A stretch of DNA of 35,289 bases. Origin: Candidatus Enterousia sp. (GTDB lineage Bacteria > Pseudomonadota > Alphaproteobacteria > Rs-D84). Position numbers and translations under genes: made by a program. The stretch spans positions 1 through 35,289 of the forward strand of contig JAZRAD010000049.1 of NCBI GenBank assembly GCA_045634405.1. Direction: 5' to 3'. The notes beneath the pieces are model-generated. The model did not search any database. It was not told the origin of the DNA and worked only from the letters and a program-made list of their open reading frames with translations. Position 1 is the first letter of the stretch, and every line of letters begins with the position of its first letter. Below, piece by piece: positions 1 through 9,258 of this stretch.

Positions 1-1
1 G

Positions 2-244
2 GCAAAAGACGACGTAATTGTTTTTACTGGCACAGTTGAGGACAAACTACCAAACACTATGTTTCGTGTAAGATTGGAAAACGGCCACGTAATCTTGGCG
101 ACTGTATCTGGGAAAATGCGTAAAAATCGCATTTGGATAAATGTTGGCGAAACTGTTCGCGTTGAAATGACACCATACGACCTGGACAAGGGACGTATAA
201 CATTTGTTGAACGCAACAAACCGACAACAGAAAATGCCCAATAA
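2..244 (+). CDS. infA: translation initiation factor IF-1 (5' end cut by window edge)
   Basis: Translation [72 protein letters not shown] matches the IF-1 S1-fold consensus (LPNxxFRVxLENGH, SGKMRKNxI, [13 protein letters not shown]). Stop at 242-244, followed by a hairpin terminator. Confidence 0.95.
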   Translation, partial: AKDDVIVFTGTVEDKLPNTMFRVRLENGHVILATVSGKMRKNRIWINVGETVRVEMTPYDLDKGRITFVERNKPTTENAQ

Positions 245-257
245 AAAATTCTGAACA

Positions 258-279
258 AACCGCAAAAAGCGGTTTTTTT
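258..279 (+). terminator. rho-independent terminator after infA
   Basis: Stem aaccgc / gcggtt with an a5 loop, followed by a T7 run. Confidence 0.8.
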
Positions 280-323
280 ATTTGTTAAAAACCAAACTTT
301 CTGATAAAATATATACAAATATA

Positions 324-2690
324 ATGAAGGGAAGAATACTGTCTTTTGTTACAGTGCTGTTATGCGTTGGCGTTGCTGACGCTGCTGTTCGTACAACAAA
401 CAGTATTATACGAAACAAACCTCAATCCAACATTCGCACAACTTCTATTGCACGTTCTGCAACCAGCCGTTCAAACACAGTTACCAGTCGCACTACAAAA
501 AGCAATACTGTATCTTCTCGTTCGGCGCGTTCAACAACACAACAGTATGCACCAAACACAAAACAGACATCAAATAAATTAGTATCACGCAACACCACAC
601 CAACAAAAGCAAAAAAAACTATTGTTGCACGATCAGCAGCTATTGATACGACCAGCAATCTAGGAACTGGATACAACACATGTCGCGACGCATATTTTAC
701 ATGTATGGATCAATTCTGCGGAACACTAAATGAAACATATCGTAGGTGTGTATGCTCTTCAAAGCTTAGCGAAATCCAATCACGCGAACGCGCACTGGCA
801 CAAACAGCAACACAACTGGAAGACTTTAAATCATTAAATCTGGAAGTAGTTGATAAAACCGCCAATGAAGTTAACGCAATGATTAGCGCCAGCGAAGGCG
901 AAATCGCACAGTCATCTGCCAAGGACAAATCAGCCAGTGCCAAGGCACTAAATGGTATCAGCGATGTTCTGGCAAACACAAAGAAACAATCACTGTCTAC
1001 CCAAGGCACACTTGATATTGCTGGCGACATCAGCACGATATGGAACACATCCAATCTGGCGGGTGGTACAATTATCGCAAACCTGACGGGCGAAGCGTTA
1101 TACAACGCAGTTCATGCACAATGCGTTGAAATGGTTGCAAACGAATGCTCTAATGCCGCGACCCGTTCAATGGTTGTATCTGCATACGGGATGTATATTG
1201 AAAACGATTGTTCTTTATTAGTAAACGGGCTGGATAAAAAACAAACTGTGGCGAATACATCTGTGCGTGATACAAAATACGAACTGGGCGATAAAAGACT
1301 GGAAAACTATAACTATCATAACAGCGCACCTATCAACGATTGCATTGCCCAGGTCCGCGCAGACATAACATCAAACTATGCGTGTGGCACAGATTATGTA
1401 CATTGTCTGGACGTAACAGGTCTATATTTAAATTACGAAACAGGCGAACCAATATATTCATCACGTTTCTTTGAATTAAATAACATGACGTCTATGGATG
1501 GCGACCTGTTGGTAAACCAGGCCAATCGTATGACTGTTCTTCGCCTGCGCGAAATGCGTAATTATGCTGAACGCGGTCTGGACACATGTCGTGATATATC
1601 TGATGAGGTATGGGACGAATTCCTGCGTCAGGCCATTACAGAAATACATCAGGGTCAACAAGACAAAATACGTCAGGTAAAAGACGAATGTATGGAAGTC
1701 GTCAACAAATGCTATGACGAACAAAATAAATCATTAAAAGACTTTAGCAATACAGACGAAGCATTACTGTTAGGTTCACGTTTGGAATTGTCCGAAGAAA
1801 TGTGCAAAACAAAATTGGACGCATGTGACAGCGTATATGGTGGCCGAACAAACCTGGTATTGGCAATGCATGAAATTGTCGACCAACAAATCGCCCAAGA
1901 ATGCAAAACAACACTGGAAAGCTATCTGGCTGAATTATGCGCCACACCCAGCAACGACACATATCACAGCTATCCATACAGCTGTCGCACATATTCACCA
2001 GGCAGTGAATCTGATGCAATTGGCACAAACCCAACAACAACATCTGTTTATTATAAATTAACCGAATATGCAAAACAAACATGTGTTCGCCCAACAGAAA
2101 GCGGAACACTGCCGGGCCCAATATTACAAGACATAAATACCGTTATATCCAAATTTAAAACAGATATGGCAAACGAACTGGCCAAGGAATGCGAACGCCA
2201 AACTGGCGAATGGCAAATATATGCATTTAATCCGGACTTTGATAAAACAGATTTGGTCCATAATGAATTCTATACAGAAACAGCCGCCAATGACCAATGG
2301 GGTTGGTGCGCCAGCCTGAAAGCGATATGGAAACAAGCATGTGAAAACTATGGTGGCACATGGATTAACGACACAATATCAAATACGGCAAACTATGCAA
2401 ATGTCCAATTCCTTGCAACTTTTTACAACAACTATCCAGGCGCAGATAAAACCGTGGGATTTTGCGTTGATAAACATGCTACAGCACTAGCTGTTTGTCA
2501 CAAAACAGAAGAAGGTGCCCAAATATGTGGTCCGCTAACACAAGAAAAAGAGGATCCAAATACACCTTCAGCATACTTAACTAATATGGACAACATATTT
2601 GGCAACATATCAGAATATAAAGACCTCGGAGAATGTGTAGACAAAACTACTGCAGAAACACAAAAAGGAAAAGGTAAAACCTGTGAATAA
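324..2690 (+). CDS. large secreted cysteine-rich protein (Cys-module family, member 1), unknown function
   Basis: Long ORF. The ATG at 324 gives the signal peptide MKGRILSFVTVLLCVGVADA. This is followed by an S/T/R/N-rich low-complexity stretch, then CRDAYFTCMDQFCG...RRCVCSS and many further C-x6-C pairs with coiled-coil-like spacers. The TTG at 282 in the ORF track abuts the infA terminator, so the ATG is preferred. No clear SD. Confidence 0.8.
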   Translation: MKGRILSFVTVLLCVGVADAAVRTTNSIIRNKPQSNIRTTSIARSATSRSNTVTSRTTKSNTVSSRSARSTTQQYAPNTKQTSNKLVSRNTTPTKAKKTIVARSAAIDTTSNLGTGYNTCRDAYFTCMDQFCGTLNETYRRCVCSSKLSEIQSRERALAQTATQLEDFKSLNLEVVDKTANEVNAMISASEGEIAQSSAKDKSASAKALNGISDVLANTKKQSLSTQGTLDIAGDISTIWNTSNLAGGTIIANLTGEALYNAVHAQCVEMVANECSNAATRSMVVSAYGMYIENDCSLLVNGLDKKQTVANTSVRDTKYELGDKRLENYNYHNSAPINDCIAQVRADITSNYACGTDYVHCLDVTGLYLNYETGEPIYSSRFFELNNMTSMDGDLLVNQANRMTVLRLREMRNYAERGLDTCRDISDEVWDEFLRQAITEIHQGQQDKIRQVKDECMEVVNKCYDEQNKSLKDFSNTDEALLLGSRLELSEEMCKTKLDACDSVYGGRTNLVLAMHEIVDQQIAQECKTTLESYLAELCATPSNDTYHSYPYSCRTYSPGSESDAIGTNPTTTSVYYKLTEYAKQTCVRPTESGTLPGPILQDINTVISKFKTDMANELAKECERQTGEWQIYAFNPDFDKTDLVHNEFYTETAANDQWGWCASLKAIWKQACENYGGTWINDTISNTANYANVQFLATFYNNYPGADKTVGFCVDKHATALAVCHKTEEGAQICGPLTQEKEDPNTPSAYLTNMDNIFGNISEYKDLGECVDKTTAETQKGKGKTCE

Positions 2691-2706
2691 AAACAAAGGA
2701 AAAAAC

Positions 2707-3417
2707 ATGAAAAAAAATATGATATTTACGATTTTATCAATTATATATTCAACCGCTGCGGCCAATGCTGTTGACTGGTGGAATCAGGCAACCGTATGTA
2801 AATACGATACAAGACCATGTTATACCACAATGGGTGCAGGCTTTGACCCTGAAATATGGGACGTAACAGCAGGTTGCCGTGGCATGAAATATATCTGTCC
2901 AAATGCATTAAAGCAACAGTCACAAAACCCTGAATTAATCAGCATAAATAATATCAAACAAAAAACAAATGCAGATTATGACACAGAAACGCTTGGTGAA
3001 TCTGGCGATTGTTTCGGCAAAAGACACTCTAAAATTACTAAAGAAAATGTTTCTGTTATGGTCAATGGCGATTATGTAAATCTGTATTGTCATGGCATTT
3101 TAAACAAACCAAACGAAACATTAGCAGATGGTGAAATTATTTATAACCATGACGAACAACCAACTTGTGAATCTTTGAAAACAGATGGATATATCGCCGT
3201 CAAAAATGGCAAATGCGTTGGCAAATACATCGACGAATCAAAATATTACATTGATTGCGGTACAGATTTACTGCCTAAACGCCTTGTTCTGTTAAATGGT
3301 GCAGAAGTAACTACCAACAATACCGGAAACATAACAACACAAAAAGATGCAAAAAATTTGTTTGATAAAATGTTAAGTGTATCTCAAAAACAAAAGCAAC
3401 AATACTTTAACAAATAA
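2707..3417 (+). CDS. secreted cysteine-rich protein, unknown function
   Basis: AAAGGA SD at 2695-2700, 6 nt before the ATG at 2707. Signal peptide MKKNMIFTILSIIYSTAAANA. About 12 Cys in the mature part. Terminator follows directly. Confidence 0.75.
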   Translation: MKKNMIFTILSIIYSTAAANAVDWWNQATVCKYDTRPCYTTMGAGFDPEIWDVTAGCRGMKYICPNALKQQSQNPELISINNIKQKTNADYDTETLGESGDCFGKRHSKITKENVSVMVNGDYVNLYCHGILNKPNETLADGEIIYNHDEQPTCESLKTDGYIAVKNGKCVGKYIDESKYYIDCGTDLLPKRLVLLNGAEVTTNNTGNITTQKDAKNLFDKMLSVSQKQKQQYFNK

Positions 3418-3443
3418 AAAAACCGGCAATGCCGGTTTTTTTA
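3415..3443. terminator. bidirectional intrinsic terminator
   Basis: Hairpin aaccggcaatgccggtt flanked by an A-run on the left and a T-run on the right. Lies between convergent genes. Confidence 0.8.
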
Positions 3444-3872
3444 TTTAGTATTTTGTCTTAACTGTTTAACATAACCTACAATATCTTTATCAAATGAAAT
3501 ACGGCTGCGTTCAACCATCAATCTGTCTGCAAATCGTTGTGCTTGGCCGTTTTCTGCAATTTCTTTGACCGGTGTGCGCAACGCCAACATTGGTGTATTA
3601 TAATAGTGACTAAGATGCAAATTCGGATTCATACCATTTGCACGCAAAATATGTCTTGCCACATTTACATCTGATTTATTGGGAATAAAACAATATAAAT
3701 ATTCACGACCATTACGTGCACTTGTATAAAAAACATTACCAAACGATAAATACATCAACGCCTTGGCATCCTTATTCATATCACGATTTTCCAGTGCAAC
3801 AGCACTGCCAGAAAATAAATCTTTGACATAATCAATAACAACATATAAAACGTTTATTCTATTCTGCTTCAT
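3441..3872 (-). CDS. hypothetical protein (143 aa), no recognisable motif
   Basis: Clean ORF between the bidirectional terminator and an intergenic region with TTGACA-type promoter elements. No signal peptide and no family recognised. Confidence 0.6.
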   Translation of the reverse strand: MKQNRINVLYVVIDYVKDLFSGSAVALENRDMNKDAKALMYLSFGNVFYTSARNGREYLYCFIPNKSDVNVARHILRANGMNPNLHLSHYYNTPMLALRTPVKEIAENGQAQRFADRLMVERSRISFDKDIVGYVKQLRQNTK

Positions 3873-3950
3873 TATTTTACCTTATATAATATTATAGTTG
3901 GACTATTGTTTACTATAAAAGTTATTTTGTCAAGGACTCACACCCACAAA

Positions 3951-6900
3951 CTATATTCCCAATTTGTGGGTCATTTTTAACATAAATACAGATTCATTAC
4001 CAAATTTATCTGTATGATTTGGGTTTACACGATAAATAAATCCAAATGCACCATCTGTAAATTCACCGAATTTATGACGATAGGTTCCCATAAATCTTGT
4101 TTCGCGAACATCTGCCTGTAATGATAAGTCTGCCACATGTGTATCAACAATATTTAACTGCGAATTATCATCAACATCATACTTTGCATACGCGTATTTC
4201 AAGGAACCGTCTGTAATTGCCAATGGTTGTGAAACGCTGAATTCAAAATTTCCAATATTCGCACCAAGCGCAAATGCATTTGAATCAATATCTGTCAGCC
4301 CCAGTATAAAATTACCGGACGCATCTGATGTTGTGCGTGCAAATGTTGCGCGTGCAATAACCCCAATTTTATCAGAAAAATCATAACGCGTTTCAATATC
4401 TGTATATATTGTATCCCCTGCCCCCAAGTCTAATAAGCCATCGGAATACGCACCCAACAATGTATCAGATTCATTTGCCATACCAATCAACGCCTTGACC
4501 GACAACCTATCACCATTAAAGGCAACATAAGAATCAGCCCCCTGCATTAAACCAAGCTTTGCAGGCATATATTGTGATGATATCGTTGGGTCTGTTTCCA
4601 GAAGGCCTTCGTCTGTAATTGCCCCAGAAAATACACGACCACCAAATGCAAAGCGACCATAATTATATTCTGCATCAGACACAACTGCATTTGACGCCAA
4701 TCCCATAATTGGATTTTGCAAGCCACTGAAACGAGACACTCCGTCTGTTAAATAACGCTGATAAGACGCACCAAAATTCCAATTACCAGAATTATATTTC
4801 AAAGTTAAATTATCCAAACCACCCATATAATCATCATATGCACGTTCAGATGTTGCCATTGAAAAATCAATACTTCCAATTTTAACCGTCTGAGAATTAT
4901 CACGTACAGTCTTTAATTCTCCCAATACATCACCCATATACAACCCACGTGAATCAGTTGCACCAAATGCAAATTCATTTTCCCAAATACGTGGCACAGA
5001 CAATTTTCCATCTGTACTTTCCAGAACATCAAAGAACGGCGCACTGATTGTCGCACTACGTAAATTCAACGCGCCGGACGCACGAAAAGCAGTATTTGTT
5101 GCAGCACGCCAATACGCATCACCATTTGCAGACACAATCCTATCACCATCAAAGAAATAAACAGATGTTCCTGGTTTTGTTGCGCGTTCCAAATTTATCA
5201 AACCGTAACCAAAGACTTCGGCAAAGGCATCCAAATAATCCATTTTACCCTGACTTATATAATATGTATATTCTGTTGGCAAAATATACATATTCTGCAA
5301 ATAAGATACCAATGATTCTTCGGACATTGCCTTGCCTGTTGCATCTGTCGCCAACAACGGCCCATCCGCTGTCAATGCCAACAACGAGAAAACCTGTTTA
5401 TTTGATAAATAAGCAAACGCAGACTGCACCGCACCAACAGCACCTGCAACACTGGACACAGCCCTTTCATCCGTCATCCCTGCACCCGCAAAGCACCATG
5501 GATCAACATTTGATGTTCCACTGCCCGCATCACCACAAGCACGTGATTTATAATATTTTGCATTTTCGCCTTGACCAACTTGCCACTGCGATAACATATA
5601 CTTACCTGTTGGCGCAAAACCAGAAACATCTGTTGCTTCACTTGTACCCGATTTTGTTAAGCCAACACTAACCACCGACATAAAATTATATTTTGCATTA
5701 TCAAAAACCAACGGCACAGCGTTTTCAAATGTAGCACTTTGTACAACACCAGAATATTTACTGTCTGTTTCAGAAGCACCAGTTGCAAAAATCACCATTG
5801 GTTGAAAACTGGACCCTAATTTACCAAAGAAATTATACGCATCTGTACCAGGGAAATAAGCATCTTCCACCACATCATAATAATCATTTACATAATTAGA
5901 AAAAGTAGTCTGCTTGTTTTCACCAGACAACACATCATTTATTGTATTAGCATCTTTTGCATGCAACGATTCAACAACTGACACATTCGCAATTACACCT
6001 GGTCGTGAACGCCCACCAGATATATCACCAGCACTCCATAAATCGGCAGCATTTATTAATGCTTTGTAATTCATATAATCAACACTGCCTGCAACACCAG
6101 ATAGTGTTAATACGCCATCATCAGACATTGTATACATCTGATTTATAACACCATCAGCTTCACTATCAATATACAACTTGCCATTTGTTCCGATGTAACC
6201 TTTATACGTTTTTGGATTTTCAGTACCAGAATCTGTCGCAACAAAAGTATTTCCATCTTGCAGAACAGTCAAAGTTTCACCAAACAAGACAATTTCTGTT
6301 ATTTTTCCATTTGTTTGAGTATATGTACCTGTTATTTCTTCTGTTGGTGTAACAATACCTGTACCATTACCAGTGCGATAAATTGTCATCTGTCCATTTG
6401 GCATAAACCCCATAAAATCTGCATCTTTATACCCAGAATCACGTCCACCTACGACCTTGGCCAACAAATTATCTACAATTGATGCATTTGCATTATTTAC
6501 AACAGTTCCCCAACCTGCCAAATCAAAACTACTTAAAATAGATTCATCTTCAACTGTCACTGCATTTGTCAAAGTTTCTTCGCCGATTCCCAACACAATC
6601 TTGTTATTATAGTATTTACTGGAAATCATCGTATCATCAGCCTGATTTACCGCATCTTTATTCACAGTTGTCCACGGTATCAAAGTATCACCCAACGAAG
6701 ATTCTGAAATAACGCCATACTGAAAATTATCAGCATTTACACCATTTGATGTAACCAAAGCGACATTCACAGGTCGTCCACCCATAACCTGAATTCCGCG
6801 CCAATTTATATTTTTTGTTTCAATTGGCGCCAACACAGAATTACGTGGTGTACGCATTCCCATATACCCACGCGCCAAAGGAGAATAACCATGCATCATC

Positions 6901-7568
6901 AATAAATAATTTTGCGTATAATCCCGAGACATCAATTCAAAATTCTTGCCATAATTCAAAGTACCGCTGGTCGTGCTGTATAAATCTAAATTCGCGGTAT
7001 AAAATTTATACTCATCATTTGCAGTCGGCATTGCAGGTCCATATGGCAATGTAAACGCGACTGTTCCACCAGATTGCGCGCCACCACCAGAACCATCGCC
7101 ACCAGGTCTGTTTCCTCCGCTAGACGGATTATCATTATTGTTACCTGGGTCAAACAAATCTGTCAGCAAGAACAAGCCACCTACGACAACGGCGGCCCCC
7201 GCCGCCGTTAAACTAATGCTTTGGGCAGACGACAGTCCGCTAAACAATCCACCAGACGACCGCGGTTTGGTTCGATTATTGTATTTCTTAATTTGTGTAT
7301 CGCATTTTGACGCATCAGCACCATACATTTGCAAAATTTGTGCAGCACGCACATCATTATTCATCAACGCAGTACAAACGATAGACAATCCCGTTGAATC
7401 TACAAAATTTACATTCGCACCTGCATTCACCAAACTTTGCACCTGTTGGATATCGGCATTTTTAGCTGCTGCCAACAATTGTGCCGCCACCGTAAAATCA
7501 TTACTTGCGCCAAAAGACGCGATTGGGATAAAAAACAACGAAAACATTAAAATTCTGATAAATTTCAT
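3951..7568 (-). CDS. large surface protein: signal peptide, 2 ankyrin repeats, hydrophobic segment, Gly-rich linker, large passenger, C-terminal beta-barrel (autotransporter-like)
   Basis: MKFIRILMFSLFFIPIASFGA signal. LLAAAKNADIQQVQSLVNAGANVNFVDSTGLSIVCTALMNNDVRAAQILQMYGADAS fits the ANK consensus twice. ISLTAAGAAVVVGGLFLL is the hydrophobic segment. GGNRPGGDGSGGGAQSGG is the linker. The last ~300 aa show alternating beta-strand patterns typical of OM barrels. Confidence 0.8.
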   Translation of the reverse strand: MKFIRILMFSLFFIPIASFGASNDFTVAAQLLAAAKNADIQQVQSLVNAGANVNFVDSTGLSIVCTALMNNDVRAAQILQMYGADASKCDTQIKKYNNRTKPRSSGGLFSGLSSAQSISLTAAGAAVVVGGLFLLTDLFDPGNNNDNPSSGGNRPGGDGSGGGAQSGGTVAFTLPYGPAMPTANDEYKFYTANLDLYSTTSGTLNYGKNFELMSRDYTQNYLLMMHGYSPLARGYMGMRTPRNSVLAPIETKNINWRGIQVMGGRPVNVALVTSNGVNADNFQYGVISESSLGDTLIPWTTVNKDAVNQADDTMISSKYYNNKIVLGIGEETLTNAVTVEDESILSSFDLAGWGTVVNNANASIVDNLLAKVVGGRDSGYKDADFMGFMPNGQMTIYRTGNGTGIVTPTEEITGTYTQTNGKITEIVLFGETLTVLQDGNTFVATDSGTENPKTYKGYIGTNGKLYIDSEADGVINQMYTMSDDGVLTLSGVAGSVDYMNYKALINAADLWSAGDISGGRSRPGVIANVSVVESLHAKDANTINDVLSGENKQTTFSNYVNDYYDVVEDAYFPGTDAYNFFGKLGSSFQPMVIFATGASETDSKYSGVVQSATFENAVPLVFDNAKYNFMSVVSVGLTKSGTSEATDVSGFAPTGKYMLSQWQVGQGENAKYYKSRACGDAGSGTSNVDPWCFAGAGMTDERAVSSVAGAVGAVQSAFAYLSNKQVFSLLALTADGPLLATDATGKAMSEESLVSYLQNMYILPTEYTYYISQGKMDYLDAFAEVFGYGLINLERATKPGTSVYFFDGDRIVSANGDAYWRAATNTAFRASGALNLRSATISAPFFDVLESTDGKLSVPRIWENEFAFGATDSRGLYMGDVLGELKTVRDNSQTVKIGSIDFSMATSERAYDDYMGGLDNLTLKYNSGNWNFGASYQRYLTDGVSRFSGLQNPIMGLASNAVVSDAEYNYGRFAFGGRVFSGAITDEGLLETDPTISSQYMPAKLGLMQGADSYVAFNGDRLSVKALIGMANESDTLLGAYSDGLLDLGAGDTIYTDIETRYDFSDKIGVIARATFARTTSDASGNFILGLTDIDSNAFALGANIGNFEFSVSQPLAITDGSLKYAYAKYDVDDNSQLNIVDTHVADLSLQADVRETRFMGTYRHKFGEFTDGAFGFIYRVNPNHTDKFGNESVFMLKMTHKLGI

Positions 7569-7627
7569 ACCTACACTCTTTAATATGAATTATATTTTAT
7601 CATAAGAGTGTTTTATATGTCTAGTAT

Positions 7628-7663
7628 AAAAAACAAAAAAATCAGGTCACATTTCTGTGACCC
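7628..7663 (-). terminator. rho-independent terminator of the PK-repeat gene
   Basis: Minus-sense hairpin ggtcaca-gaaa-tgtgacc followed by tttttttgtttttt. Confidence 0.75.
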
Positions 7664-7692
7664 GATTGTGCATTTGCACAAACACATCTGAA

Positions 7693-8241
7693 TTATCTTT
7701 GGTTACAACCACCAATACTGCACGCATAGCCCCATGCAATAGTTGGTTTCTTAACTACTTTTGCAGTATCCTGTGGCACAACATTACGCACAGTATCGTT
7801 AACAACAACATTGTTACGCACAGTGTCGTTTACAACAACATTGTTACGCACAGTATCGTTAACAACAACCGGTTTTGGCTGTGGTTTTGGTTTTGGTTTT
7901 GGTTTTGGTTTTGGTTTTGGTTTTGGTTTTGGTTCTACGATAACATATACAGTATCATTACAACCGCAATCATCTTTAACAGATGGTACCTTGACATCAT
8001 TATTATTTTCAATTTTAACGCTGTCATCAACAATAATTACACTGTTATTATCAATTTCAACACCACCATCAACAATAACTTTGTTATTATTCACAATTTC
8101 AATTTTTTGTTTTTTTACAGGTTCCTTGCATTTTTTGCCACAAGAATCACCCGAACACTGTTTCATACCAAACAATGTCGTCAAAACAATCAATGAACCC
8201 GTACCCAATGTCAACATAACATCTCTTACTTTATTAGACAT
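7693..8241 (-). CDS. membrane-anchored repeat protein with a (PK)n rod and two other tandem repeat blocks
   Basis: AAGGA SD 7 nt before the ATG at 8241. N-terminal anchor LTLGTGSLIVLTTLFGM. VxVDxxVxIxNN repeated 3 times. EPKPKPKPKPKPKPKPKPKPQPKP. VVVNDTVRNN repeated 3 times. Has its own promoter and terminator. Confidence 0.8.
   Translation of the reverse strand: MSNKVRDVMLTLGTGSLIVLTTLFGMKQCSGDSCGKKCKEPVKKQKIEIVNNNKVIVDGGVEIDNNSVIIVDDSVKIENNNDVKVPSVKDDCGCNDTVYVIVEPKPKPKPKPKPKPKPKPQPKPVVVNDTVRNNVVVNDTVRNNVVVNDTVRNVVPQDTAKVVKKPTIAWGYACSIGGCNQR
7781..7869. repeat. 30-nt tandem repeat, about 3 copies, in frame (10 aa per unit)
   Basis: attgttacgcacagt(a/g)tcgtt(a/t)acaacaac is repeated head to tail. 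It encodes VVVNDTVRNN on the minus strand. Confidence 0.9.
7871..7936. repeat. hexanucleotide microsatellite (GGTTTT)n, 8 perfect plus 3 imperfect units
   Basis: Perfect ggtttt units from 7883 to 7930, with degenerate units on both sides. Encodes (PK)n on the minus strand. Confidence 0.95.
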
Positions 8242-8284
8242 ATTTAAATCCTTTTGTTTAATTGTTTTTTATCTTACACATAAT

Positions 8285-8313
8285 ATTATAGACAAACATT
8301 GCTGTTTTGTCAA
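8285..8313 (-). promoter_or_regulatory. sigma70-like promoter for the PK-repeat gene
   Basis: Minus-sense TTGACA (8313-8308), 17-nt spacer, TATAAT (8290-8285). Confidence 0.6.
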
Positions 8314-8339
8314 GACTTAAACATAAAATTATTTTTTCT

Positions 8340-8369
8340 TTGCACCACCCTGCCATATTATGATATAAT
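8340..8369 (+). promoter_or_regulatory. sigma70-like promoter for the 8387 gene
   Basis: TTGCAC (8340-8345), 18-nt spacer, TATAAT (8364-8369). Divergent from the promoter above. Confidence 0.55.
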
Positions 8370-8386
8370 CCATCATCAGAGAGAAT

Positions 8387-9247
8387 ATGAAACAGCGCAT
8401 TTTATCTTCATTGTTATTTATTACATTGTGTTCTGGGGCCTTTGCTGCAACACAACAGTGTTCACGCGCCAATTTAACACGTTGTTTAGATTCAGTATGC
8501 GCAATAAACATGTCATCAAATCCGGCTGCACGTTGCCAATACTGTGGCTCAGACAGTGCTGGCACCCCACCAAACACCAAGATGAAATCAGTATCCGTCG
8601 GTGCATCTGCAAAATATAATATTTCTGAAAAAGACCTTAAAAAGGCACCAACTGCACCTGGGGAACGCTATGCATGGGCAACAAAACAATGCATTGCCAA
8701 GGTTCCGGGTTGTACGCCTGATGATGTAACAGACACATATGATAAATTGATTGAACAATCTTGTACTGCGGCTGGCGTTTCTGCCCAGATGGCCAAATTA
8801 CAGGCTGACTTAAAAAAGACTCGAACAAAATCAGATTGCGAATCGGAAATTTCTGCATGCGTTATTGATGCATCTGGCTGTACTGCTGATTATCGCGCTT
8901 GTAAAGAAAACGCCAGTTTTGACCGCGTCTTTGCATCGTGCAGCGCGCTGTCCACAGGTTGCGACAATTTCACATCTGAAATCCGCACCGCATTACTGAA
9001 CGAACGCGACAATGCCGTTGAAAATGCAGATTTAATCTTGGCCAAGATTGTCGGCGCATATCAAGCAATGCGTGACGCAACACTGGCAGACACAAAAAAT
9101 GGTTGCAAAGACAATCGCAGATACGACGAATGTGTTGAAATGGTCTGCAACAGAAATATGCCAGACAAATGCGCCGCCGAAGACGAACAAGTATCCGCAG
9201 GTCTGTTATGCCAATTCCACAAGACAGCATGTAACACATTGGACTAA
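8387..9247 (+). CDS. secreted cysteine-rich protein (Cys-module family, member 2)
   Basis: Signal peptide MKQRILSSLLFITLCSGAFA. CSRANLTRCLDSVCA...RCQYCGS parallels the member 1 module. Further CESEISACVIDASGCTADYRAC and CKDNRRYDECVEMVCNRNMPDKC. Confidence 0.8.
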   Translation: MKQRILSSLLFITLCSGAFAATQQCSRANLTRCLDSVCAINMSSNPAARCQYCGSDSAGTPPNTKMKSVSVGASAKYNISEKDLKKAPTAPGERYAWATKQCIAKVPGCTPDDVTDTYDKLIEQSCTAAGVSAQMAKLQADLKKTRTKSDCESEISACVIDASGCTADYRACKENASFDRVFASCSALSTGCDNFTSEIRTALLNERDNAVENADLILAKIVGAYQAMRDATLADTKNGCKDNRRYDECVEMVCNRNMPDKCAAEDEQVSAGLLCQFHKTACNTLD

Positions 9248-9258
9248 ACAGGAAATAA

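Noticed and set aside
282-323. Upstream alternative starts proposed by the ORF track: TTG 282, GTG 2683, 10843, TTG 14779, 14165, 25181, GTG 26303
   Set aside because: In most cases a downstream ATG is preceded by a better SD and/or yields a canonical signal peptide or lipobox at the very N-terminus (324 has no clear SD and rests on the signal peptide; 14815 is simply the first in-frame ATG). The extensions overlap terminators, SDs or the upstream gene's end.
5048-5671. 207-aa plus-strand ORF (His/Gln/Thr/Leu-rich), and other plus-strand ORFs at 5957-6148, 6258-6482, 6815-7054 and 7138-7605
   Set aside because: All are embedded antisense in the uninterrupted 1205-aa minus-strand gene. They have low-complexity composition, no SD or promoter, and no motifs. 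They are typical shadow ORFs.
3951-7568. Annotating the passenger as an active subtilisin (S8) protease
   Set aside because: Only vague local resemblance. I could not locate the D/H/S catalytic triad (there is no GTSxAxP-type serine motif).
7871-7936. Regular short repeats that could superficially suggest a CRISPR-like array
   Set aside because: The period is only 6 nt with no spacers, and the adjacent 30-nt repeats are contiguous. Both are coding tandem repeats. No CRISPR array is visible anywhere in the window.
7657-8320. Plus-strand ORFs 7657-8196 and 7811-8320, which translate the repeats as FWFWFW... and GFGFGF...
   Set aside because: They are mirror images of the repeat gene. The minus-strand reading has an SD, a TTGACA-N17-TATAAT promoter, a membrane anchor and a terminator. 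The plus-strand readings have none of these.
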